Shown here piece by piece: positions 18,471-25,995 of a stretch of DNA of 55,719 nt. The stretch is taken from positions 1 to 55,719 of the forward strand of contig CAIMTB010000301.1 in NCBI GenBank assembly GCA_903844265.1. The letters are read 5' to 3'. The stretch's first letter is position 1. Each line of letters begins with the position of its first letter. The notes beneath the pieces were generated by a model. The model did not search any database. It was not told where the DNA came from and saw nothing but the letters and a program-made list of their open reading frames with translations. Source of the stretch: an uncultured Verrucomicrobiota bacterium. GTDB lineage: Bacteria > Verrucomicrobiota > Verrucomicrobiia > Limisphaerales > CAIMTB01. The position numbers were made by a program, and so were the translations under genes.

Positions 18471-20239
18471 CGGGCGGATCCGGGCTCCTGAATTCTCAGG
18501 ATGCGATCGACGGTGAGGTTTTCCAGTTTCTGGACCTGGCCGCTTGGCCAGCGAATTTCGAGAAGGTCCACCTTCGAGGCCGCGCCCAGCCCGATATGCA
18601 CGCGCGGGTCGCCCTGCATCAGGAAAGTCGTGGAAGCCCGGGCGAGATGGAGCGTGGTCTTGCCCCCGGCTGTGACGTGAAGAATGGCGCCGAATCCGTC
18701 GCGATTGCTGCGGGTTCCCTCAAGATGGAGCGTGAGCCAGTGGTGGCCTGAGGTGGATCGGTTGTGAAGCAGGTAGGGACGATCCGCGATGGCCGTCATC
18801 AGGAGATCGGGACGGCCGTCATTGTCGAAGTCGAGGACCGCGGCGCCGCGGCCGCGAAGTTTCGATCGGAAAACGGCGCCGCCCTGGACTGCCGCGTCCG
18901 TGAAGGTCCCGCCGCCGCGGTTCTCAAGCAGCAAGCTTTGCCAGCCGACGAGATAATGGGCGTCGCCATTGGCGATGAAGATATCCTCGTCACGATCGTT
19001 GTCGAAATCGAAGAACACCCCACCCCACGCCACGTATTGGGCGGTGATGGCTCCGAGTCCCGAGACCACCATGGCGTCGGTGAAGACGCCGTTGGTGGTG
19101 CCGAGATAGAGCGAGCCATACCCGAATCGGGTCACGAGAATGTCCGGCCGACCGTCACCGTTCGAGTCGCCGATCGCCGCGCCCATCGAGCCGGCAGCTT
19201 CGCCGAGGGCATTGAACGCCACGCCGCGCTTCTGCCCCGACTCGGTGAAGTGGCCGTGGCCGTCGTTCATCAGGAGCAGGTTCGGCGAGAGATCGTTCGA
19301 GATGTACAGGTCCTGGTGCCCGTCAAGATCGGCGTCGAACGCAGTCACACACATCGCGCGATGGCCCGCGACCCGGATGCCCGACTTCTCGCTCACGTCC
19401 TCGAATGTTCCGTCGCCTCGATTCCGGTAGAGCACGTTCGCCTCCGGCTTGTACGCCAGCGCGCTTGGAAATCCATCCGGTTGGAAGTAGAGGCGGTACG
19501 TGGGATCGAACGTAAGGTAGTTCGCCAGAAAAAGATCAAGATGGCCGTCGTTGTCGAAGTCGGCGAACACCGCCCCAATACCGGTCCCCTTGTGGCCTAC
19601 GCCGGCACGGACAGTGACGTCCTCGAATGTTCCGTTGCCTCTGTTTCGGAACAGGTGGCTCTCGCCGACGCTGACCACGTAGAGGTCCGTGAAACCGTCG
19701 TTGTCAAAGTCGCCCGCCGCAGCCGTGACGCCATAACCGGAGCCCGTGAGACCGGCCTTGGCTGTGACGTCCTCGAACGTGCCGTCACCACGGTTTCGGA
19801 AGAGGCCGTTCGGGCGGCGCGCAGTTCCCGGGAGGTGGTGGGTCACGCCGTCGAGCGGACCCGAGTTGACAAGGAATATATCCATCCACCCGTCGCGGTC
19901 GAAGTCCAGAATGGCTCCTCCGGCTCCGTTCGATTCGATGATGTTCCCGATGTGGTCGTCGCAGAGCTGTTGGACAAATCGCAGCCCGGCACGGCCACTG
20001 ACATCCTCGAAAACATCCGATGCTCCGGCCACGATGGGGGCGGAACCCTCCGTGGGCGCCGAGTTGGTGGGAGGAACTCCCTTGAGGCCGACGCTCCTGT
20101 CTCCACCGCCACCGAGATCGGTCGAAATCGGACCGCAGCCCGTGAGGCACGCGATCGCGGCCGCGCCCAGCCAAGCCCGAAGGCTTTCGCGAAAAAGGCG
20201 CTGCCTGATCTGACGACTGTCTGACCGCGATGGGTCCAT
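18467..20239 (-). CDS. CRTAC1-family lipoprotein (FG-GAP/VCBS repeats + ASPIC/UnbV C-terminal domain)
   Basis: Lipobox CLTGC. Seven DFDxDGxxD[IL]-type FG-GAP repeats (DFDRDGWMDIFLVN, DFDNDGFTDLYVV, DFDNDGHLDLFLAN, ...). C-terminal ...NRDGFGAILHVTAGG...LLEIRWPSGQVQ. Confidence 0.8.
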   Translation of the reverse strand: MDPSRSDSRQIRQRLFRESLRAWLGAAAIACLTGCGPISTDLGGGGDRSVGLKGVPPTNSAPTEGSAPIVAGASDVFEDVSGRAGLRFVQQLCDDHIGNIIESNGAGGAILDFDRDGWMDIFLVNSGPLDGVTHHLPGTARRPNGLFRNRGDGTFEDVTAKAGLTGSGYGVTAAAGDFDNDGFTDLYVVSVGESHLFRNRGNGTFEDVTVRAGVGHKGTGIGAVFADFDNDGHLDLFLANYLTFDPTYRLYFQPDGFPSALAYKPEANVLYRNRGDGTFEDVSEKSGIRVAGHRAMCVTAFDADLDGHQDLYISNDLSPNLLLMNDGHGHFTESGQKRGVAFNALGEAAGSMGAAIGDSNGDGRPDILVTRFGYGSLYLGTTNGVFTDAMVVSGLGAITAQYVAWGGVFFDFDNDRDEDIFIANGDAHYLVGWQSLLLENRGGGTFTDAAVQGGAVFRSKLRGRGAAVLDFDNDGRPDLLMTAIADRPYLLHNRSTSGHHWLTLHLEGTRSNRDGFGAILHVTAGGKTTLHLARASTTFLMQGDPRVHIGLGAASKVDLLEIRWPSGQVQKLENLTVDRILRIQEPGSAR

Positions 20240-20662
20240 GTTGAATCTGTATCGAGCGTGTCCGCTCCTGCCGACTCTTCGTCGCCTTCGACGATCCTCC
20301 CCGGGGGAGGTTGAATCAGGTCGGAAACCGGTTGGGACAGTAGCATCCGCAAGGTGCCACAGGCCAAGTGAGGTGGGGTGAAATGCGGAAAACCGGGGTG
20401 GACCGCAAGAACATCCGGCGCCGCGTACGCAGACAACCTAGATTTCCAAGAATCGGACCCGGATGTGGGACGCGGACCCTCCGTTCATGAAAGTCGTTCC
20501 GTCATGGAGTGCCGTGGACTTCCACCGCCGTGGACACGCCGCGGCGGATCGCAGATCGAAGACCACCGGTCGTCCTCACTCAGTCGCCGGACGCTGCCCA
20601 TGCACCCCAGAGCGGCGGCGAGCCACCGCACGGATGACAGAGTCTGGAAGGGACGCCTCGGG

Positions 20663-21142
20663 TCAGCCGCGGAACACCACCATCACGCCGTAGTCGGTGA
20701 CATAATGCTCTGTGGCGAGATCCTTATACGTGTAGGTGATGGGGGTGATGCTGATGACGTACTGCTGGCCCACCTTCTGAAGGAACGCGGAGACCACCTC
20801 GTCGAAGTGATCCTTGTTCACCGTCATGGTATCCACGCGACGGAACGTCTGGATCCGTATCTTCTTGTCGAGTTCCTTGGCCGCGAATTCAAGCGTAGGC
20901 GTGGTCTTGGTAATGAGGTGCTCGGCGGGACCCTCGTGAAGCGGCACCACGAAGTGCTTTTCCTCCCGGCTCGCGTCCGTCGTAGCTGGCTGGCCGTGGG
21001 GCGCGGCCCGGATCCTGGTGATATCAGGGGACGGCACCGTCATCTTGCGATTGCAGGCCGGACAATCCACCGCGGAGCCGACCGCGGTGATGTCGACCTC
21101 GAGTTCCTGTTTGCAGTTGGGGCAGTTGAAGGTGAAGTCCAT
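20663..21142 (-). CDS. Zinc-ribbon protein with uncharacterised C-terminal domain
   Basis: ORF 20663..21406 trimmed to ATG 21142 (MDFTFNCPNCKQ...; alternative ATG 21175). CPNC...CPAC four-Cys ribbon, then a roughly 100-aa mixed alpha/beta-looking domain. Confidence 0.6.
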   Translation of the reverse strand: MDFTFNCPNCKQELEVDITAVGSAVDCPACNRKMTVPSPDITRIRAAPHGQPATTDASREEKHFVVPLHEGPAEHLITKTTPTLEFAAKELDKKIRIQTFRRVDTMTVNKDHFDEVVSAFLQKVGQQYVISITPITYTYKDLATEHYVTDYGVMVVFRG

Positions 21143-21347
21143 AGCTTTGCGCACTCCAGGCTGTCTTTCTTCCATAGCCTTGGCGCATGCAGAAGCACAG
21201 ACAAAACACGGGAGATGGCATCCAGGCGGGGTGGAACAGGTTGAGCTCGCAGGTCGCGGAGGACGAAAAGGGGCCTGCCCTCGAGGCGTCCGACGTTCAA
21301 CCGTTGTCGTCGACCAAATCGGCCGCCCGGGGTACGATGGGGCCCCG

Positions 21348-22280
21348 ATGAGCAAGACTGCGCTGCTGTTTGCCGGACAAGGCGCCCAGACCGTGGGCAT
21401 GGGCAAGGATTTCGCGGGGCAGTTTCCGGCTGCGCGCGAATTGTTCGGGCGCGCCGACAGCGCGCTTGGCTACCCGCTTTCCCATCTGTGCTTCGAGGGG
21501 CCCGAGGCGGAACTTACCCGCACCGAAAACGCACAGCCGGCCATTTTCCTCATGGGCTGGGTGGCCTTCGAGCTGCTCCGTCAAGAGGTCCATGGGTTGC
21601 GTTTTGAAGCCACGGCGGGTTTGTCTCTCGGAGAATTCACGGCCCTTGCCGCGGCGGGTGCGATGAGTTTCGAGGATGGCCTGCGCATCACACGGCTTCG
21701 CGGTCGGTTCATGCAGGAGGCGTGCGAGGCGACGCGCGGTTCGATGGCGGCGATCATCAACCTTGACGAGGGTCCCACCCGCGACGTATGCGCCGAGGCT
21801 GGTGTGGAATTGGCGAATCTGAATTGTCCGGGACAGCTCGTGATCTCAGGGGAGGCCACTGCGATCGCGAAAGCTTGCGAGCTCGCCAAAGCCCGCGGTG
21901 CGAAACGAGCCCTGCCGCTCGCGGTTGCCGGCGCCTACCATTCCCGGCTCATGGGGAGCGCCCAGGCGAAGCTCGCCGCCGAACTCTCCGGCGCCACCGT
22001 GATTTCGCCGTCTGTTACGGTGGTCTCGAATGTCACGGCCCGCCCGCACGAGGACCCCACCTCGATCAAGGACCTGCTTGTGCAACAGGTCTGCGCCCCC
22101 GTCCGCTGGGAAGCCTCGATCCGCTGGCTTTTGGAACAAGGATACACCCGCTTCATTGAGCTGGGACCCGGACGCGCCCTGGCCGGCTTCATGAAGCGCA
22201 TCGCGCCGGAGGTTCTCACGCTTAGCGTCGGGGATGTTCCCACGCTGCAAGCCGCAGTGGCGGTGCTTCAAACTCGATGA
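21348..22280 (+). CDS. fabD: Malonyl-CoA:ACP transacylase
   Basis: ORF 21018..22280 trimmed to ATG 21348 (MSKTALLFAGQGAQTVGMG). Active-site GLSLGEF. 310 aa. Confidence 0.9.
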   Translation: MSKTALLFAGQGAQTVGMGKDFAGQFPAARELFGRADSALGYPLSHLCFEGPEAELTRTENAQPAIFLMGWVAFELLRQEVHGLRFEATAGLSLGEFTALAAAGAMSFEDGLRITRLRGRFMQEACEATRGSMAAIINLDEGPTRDVCAEAGVELANLNCPGQLVISGEATAIAKACELAKARGAKRALPLAVAGAYHSRLMGSAQAKLAAELSGATVISPSVTVVSNVTARPHEDPTSIKDLLVQQVCAPVRWEASIRWLLEQGYTRFIELGPGRALAGFMKRIAPEVLTLSVGDVPTLQAAVAVLQTR

Positions 22281-22936
22281 CGATTGTCATCACCTGCGGT
22301 CCCGCGTGGGAGGCGATCGACGGCATGCGCCGCCTCACCAACGCCTCCACCGGCCAGTTGGGTGCTGTCCTGGCCGACGCTCTGGCCGATGCGGGTCACC
22401 GCGTTCTTCTCTATCGTGGCGATGGCGCCACCGCAAAACTTCCGATGCGGACCGTGGAAATGCACGCGTTCAGCACCAACGATGATCTGGCCTTTCAGCT
22501 CGCCGAACGTGCCGGATACGAGCACGTCCATGCCTTTTTTCACGCCGCAGCGCTCTGTGACTTCCGGGTTGCCCGGATCACGGACAGCCTCGGGGTCGAG
22601 CGGAAGGATTCCAAAATCCCTTCGCGAGCGGGCCGGATCCTGCTCGAACTGGAACCTGCAACCAAGGTCCTGCCGCAGCTGCGCAGGTGGTGGCCCGAGG
22701 CCCGGATTGTGGGCTGGAAGTACGAGCTGGGCGGGTCACGGGATGACGCGCTTGCCGCCGCCTGGCGGCAACTACACGACGCGCGGACGGATGTCTGTGT
22801 GCTGAATGGCTCCGCTTGGGGGGCCGGATTCGCGTGGTGCGAAGCTCCGGGAATCGTCATCCCGTGCCCTGACGCGGCAGCCTTGGGGTCGCACGTGGTC
22901 GAATGGCTTCAGATAGATCCGCGGATACCGACGTGA
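22277..22936 (+). CDS. Stand-alone CoaB-like protein (phosphopantothenate-cysteine ligase / DFP C-terminal domain family)
   Basis: ATGA overlap with fabD. ITCGPAWEAIDGMRRLTNASTGQLG resembles the CoaB motif ITxGxTxExID.VRxIxNxSSGxxG. Also AAALCDFRV and KIPS. No CoaC flavoprotein domain. Confidence 0.65.
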   Translation: MTIVITCGPAWEAIDGMRRLTNASTGQLGAVLADALADAGHRVLLYRGDGATAKLPMRTVEMHAFSTNDDLAFQLAERAGYEHVHAFFHAAALCDFRVARITDSLGVERKDSKIPSRAGRILLELEPATKVLPQLRRWWPEARIVGWKYELGGSRDDALAAAWRQLHDARTDVCVLNGSAWGAGFAWCEAPGIVIPCPDAAALGSHVVEWLQIDPRIPT

Positions 22937-23060
22937 CGGCGTCGGCAATTCGATGAATGTCCCGCTCCGCCGTTGATGAGAAGTTCCGGCGGTGAAGATC
23001 CACGGAATACCGATTCCGGGTTGCGGAGGGCGGTGCAGAACCGCCCGGTCCGCGGACCAA

Positions 23061-23186
23061 TCACTTCTTGCCGGTGGCGGTCTTCTTCGCGGCGATGGCC
23101 TGCTGTTTCTTGTCGCTGGCGCTGGTCGCCTTGACCTGCTTCTGCTTCGACGCCTTGTTCACGGACTTCGGAGATTTGTCGCCCAT
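23061..23186 (-). CDS. 41-aa lysine-rich small protein (not in ORF track)
   Basis: Translates to MGDKSPKSVNKASKQKQVKATSASDKKQQAIAAKKTATGKK. 38 of 41 codons end in G/C, matching the genome's coding bias. The competing ORF 22909..23334 is Arg/Gly shadow-like. Confidence 0.55.
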   Translation of the reverse strand: MGDKSPKSVNKASKQKQVKATSASDKKQQAIAAKKTATGKK

Positions 23187-23340
23187 AAGGAAGTGATGTT
23201 GGTGGTTGGGTTATTGGATTGCATGAACGTGCGGCCACGCGGTCACCGTTCGCGGCGGTACTATCACCGGAAACGCCACGGAAAGTAAACGCTTGGATAT
23301 GCCTGATTCCGAATGGCCCGTCCGGGGAGGCCAAGAGGCC

Positions 23341-23402
23341 CGGCGAAAAATGAGAAAACGGGGGGAATGGTGGCGGCCCGTGACCGCTTCCACCACTCCC
23401 CC
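23341..23402 (-). terminator. Rho-independent terminator downstream of the Ig/Calx-beta gene
   Basis: On the minus strand a 13-bp stem (GGGGGAGTGGTGG / CCACCATTCCCCC, one mismatch; 23361-23373 and 23390-23402) is followed by CGTTTTCTCATTTTTCG. Confidence 0.55.
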
Positions 23403-23512
23403 CGTCGTTGACTTACCTGCTCCCTGATGGCCCCTGATGGCCCCGGGCAGTTCCGGATCTCTACTCAGTCCCTGATTCAGTCCCTGATTTGACTTAGTCC
23501 GCTGCGGCGTTG

Positions 23513-23541
23513 CCCGCAGGAGTCCGGGGGACTCCTGCGGG
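23513..23541. repeat. Perfect 13-bp inverted repeat with 3-nt loop, 13 nt after the stop of the Ig/Calx-beta gene
   Basis: CCCGCAGGAGTCC-GGG-GGACTCCTGCGGG. No U-tract follows on the minus strand. Confidence 0.7.
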
Positions 23542-23553
23542 TCCTTGCCGCGC

Positions 23554-25995
23554 CTAGCGACTGCGCAGTGAGACGGTGACCGTCACGGGGCGCGTCGTGG
23601 TGACGGCGCCAGAGTTGTCGGTGATTTTCGCCGTGATGGCGTAGGTTCCCGAGCGGACGCGGCTCCAATTGAACACGTACAGGCCACCGGGCACGCGGTT
23701 GCTGTCACCCTCGTCCTCGCGACGGATCTGTTGTCCAAGTCCGATGGAGGTGTCTCCGACGAAGAACTCCACGGAAGCGACGGTGCCATCCGAATCCGAG
23801 GCGAAGGCCACGATCGGGATTGTGGAGTTCACGGGGAAGCGGGCGCCATCGGTCGGTCGGAGGATGCGTCCCGTGGGGAGTTGGTTGGCGGGCGGGGTCA
23901 CCGGCTCGCTTATAGTCACGACGGCCTGGTGCTTCTCGCCGAGCCGATAAGGAGTCGCTCCATCCGGCGCCTCGTCGAGCTCGAGTTTGACCGTGTCCCT
24001 GCCGTTCTCCGGCGAGTCGTTGTCCGCGATGGGGACGACCGTGATGTCGGCGAAGAGCTGGCCGGCGGGGAGGGTCACCGATTCCGGAAGCAACTGGTAG
24101 TCCTGGCCGTTCTTGGCACTGCCGCCGAGGCTGAAGTAGACCACGAGACTGGCGTTGACATCACCGCCGGTTCGGCTGATCCGGAAGGTCCCCGGGTCGA
24201 GGTTCTCCTCAGAGGCCGTGGGGTCGGGGCTGGTCACGCTGACGGTTGCCTTGCCGGTCACCGGAGGCGGCGTCACGACGTTGGTCACCAGGATGCTTAC
24301 CCGGCTCGACAGATAGACCTTGCCTGCCGCGTCGGTGGCTTCGGCCTGGTAGGAATACTCGCCTGCGCGGAGGCCCTTGATGTCGGTGGAGTAGGGAGGC
24401 GCGGTGAAGGTCGCCACCACGGTGCGTCCCTGGAAGAGCCGGACCTGTTTGGCAGCGCCATCGGGAGTTACCGCCGCGCTCAGTGCGAAGGACGCGGGAG
24501 CGGGATAGGAGGCGCCGCGGGCCGGGCTGGTCAGGGCGATCGTCAGCGGTGTCGGGGGCGGCGGCGTCGTGGTGACCACGAGGTCGGCGGCGTGACTGGT
24601 GGCGGAACCCACCGAGTTGACAGCCGTGACGGAGTAGCTTCCCGCGTCGGCTGTCGTGACCCGTGCCAGAGTGAGTGACTCACTGGTCGCTCCATTGATG
24701 AGTGTCGTTCCCTTCACCCACTGATAGGAGAAAGGCGCCGTACCCGAGACTCCGACGGTGAAGGTGACCGAGGCTCCTTCCAGGACCGTCTGGCTCGCGG
24801 GCTGCCGGGTAATGGACGGTGCGGTATCAGGCGGCGGCGGCGTCGAGGTGACGGTGAGATGTGCGATCGTGCTGCTCACGCCCGCAACCAGGTTGCTGAT
24901 TGTGACCGAATAATCGCCGGCGTTGGCGGGAGTCGCATGGGCGATGGTGAAAGTGGCGGCGTTTGCGCCTGTGATCGGCGTGGTTCCATTCAACCATTGA
25001 TAGGAAAGCGGAGCGGTGCCGGTGGCGACGACGGTGAACGTGGCAGGGTTTCCTTCGAGGACCGTCTGGCTCGCGGGCTGTTGCGTGATGGTCGGTGCGA
25101 TGCTGGGCGGCAGGACAGTAACACTGAGCTGCGCGGCGGTGCTGGTGACGGAGCCGACGGTGTTACCGACCGTGACCGAATAATTGCCGGCGTTTGCGGG
25201 AGCAACATGGGCGATGGTGAAAGTGGCGGCGTTCGCGCCTGTGATGGGCGTGGTTCCATTCAACCATTGATAGGAAAGCGGAGCGGTGCCGGTGGCGACG
25301 ACGGTGAAGGTGGCAGGGTTTCCTTCGAGGACCGTCTGGCTCGCGGGCTGTTGCGTGATGGTCGGTGCGATGCTGGGCGGCAGGACAGTAACACTGAGCT
25401 GCGCGGCGGTGCTGGTGACGGATCCGGCGGTGTTACCGACTGTAACCGAGTAACTGCCGGCGTCGGCGGGAGTAGCATGGGCGATGGTGAAAGTGGCGGC
25501 GTTCGCGCCTGTGATGGGCGTGACTCCACTCAGCCATTGATACGAGAGAGGCGCTGTGCCCGCGGCGACGACGGTGAAGGTGGCGGGGCTTCCCTCAAGG
25601 ACGGTCTGGTTCACGGGCTGTTGCGTGATCGTCGGCGGGGTGGGAGGCGGTGCCGGATGTGAAGCCGGATCGCTGGGGTTGGTGGGAGTGCCAGCGGGAT
25701 TGGGATCTCCCCGCAGCCATGCACCCAGCGGGTCACCAAGTTCCACGCCGTTGGAGAAGCCGTCCCCATCCGAATCCATGGCGGCGAGGGTGGCATTCCA
25801 GGCATGATTGTTCCTGGTGAAGGCAGAGCCGAAGGGTTTCAGGGGCGGACCGGTTGCGCCGTGGCACATCGTGCAACCGAGCACGGTGCCGTTGGGAACC
25901 ATCGTTTCGAACACGTTCAGTGCCGAGGCGGATCTTACTGCCAGCAGCAGAGTCAGAAGTAGGGCGATTCGAGTCAGTAGGGGTCTCATGGTCAT
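23554..25995 (-). CDS. Secreted multidomain protein: CXXCH motif + thrombospondin-type-3-like Ca loop + 4 Ig (I-set-like) repeats + Ig-like domain + Calx-beta + Ig-like domain
   Basis: Signal peptide. CTMCH (25861-25875). DSDGDGFSNGVELGD. Four 90-aa repeats (...QTVLEGxPATFTV...YQWLxG...DAGxYSVTV...). Calx-beta-like segment (...YFSLGGSAKNGQDYQLL...ADITVVPIADND). Confidence 0.85.
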   Translation of the reverse strand: MTMRPLLTRIALLLTLLLAVRSASALNVFETMVPNGTVLGCTMCHGATGPPLKPFGSAFTRNNHAWNATLAAMDSDGDGFSNGVELGDPLGAWLRGDPNPAGTPTNPSDPASHPAPPPTPPTITQQPVNQTVLEGSPATFTVVAAGTAPLSYQWLSGVTPITGANAATFTIAHATPADAGSYSVTVGNTAGSVTSTAAQLSVTVLPPSIAPTITQQPASQTVLEGNPATFTVVATGTAPLSYQWLNGTTPITGANAATFTIAHVAPANAGNYSVTVGNTVGSVTSTAAQLSVTVLPPSIAPTITQQPASQTVLEGNPATFTVVATGTAPLSYQWLNGTTPITGANAATFTIAHATPANAGDYSVTISNLVAGVSSTIAHLTVTSTPPPPDTAPSITRQPASQTVLEGASVTFTVGVSGTAPFSYQWVKGTTLINGATSESLTLARVTTADAGSYSVTAVNSVGSATSHAADLVVTTTPPPPTPLTIALTSPARGASYPAPASFALSAAVTPDGAAKQVRLFQGRTVVATFTAPPYSTDIKGLRAGEYSYQAEATDAAGKVYLSSRVSILVTNVVTPPPVTGKATVSVTSPDPTASEENLDPGTFRISRTGGDVNASLVVYFSLGGSAKNGQDYQLLPESVTLPAGQLFADITVVPIADNDSPENGRDTVKLELDEAPDGATPYRLGEKHQAVVTISEPVTPPANQLPTGRILRPTDGARFPVNSTIPIVAFASDSDGTVASVEFFVGDTSIGLGQQIRREDEGDSNRVPGGLYVFNWSRVRSGTYAITAKITDNSGAVTTTRPVTVTVSLRSR
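24556..25635 (-). repeat. In-frame 270-bp tandem repeat array (4 units) encoding the Ig-like repeats
   Basis: CAACCATTGATAGGAAAGCG recurs at 24991 and 25261. Units 24931-25200 and 25201-25470 differ at only about a dozen positions. The flanking units are more diverged. Confidence 0.85.

Noticed and set aside
18764-20224. 486-aa + strand ORF opposite the CRTAC1-like gene
   Set aside because: Shadow ORF. The minus frame has seven regular FG-GAP repeats and an UnbV-like C-terminus.
13682-20239. Interpreting the propeller/haem operon as a genuine anammox hydrazine synthase
   Set aside because: The alpha-like protein has one haem motif rather than two. There is no hydrazine dehydrogenase/HAO-like gene and nothing else anammox-specific in 55 kb. 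The extra CRTAC1 and Reg_prop subunits do not belong to HZS. Only architectural resemblance is claimed.
22909-23334. 141-aa minus-strand ORF overlapping the Lys-rich micro-ORF
   Set aside because: Arg/Gly/Glu-rich shadow-like translation that crosses an intergenic region of lower GC. The alternative 41-aa frame has a far better codon-bias signature.
24556-25635. Regular 270-bp repeats considered as a possible CRISPR or satellite array
   Set aside because: The repeats are contiguous with no spacers, in-frame and encode Ig-like domains of one continuous 813-aa ORF. The antisense ORFs 24859..25662, 24990..25259 and 25260..25529 are by-products of the repeat.
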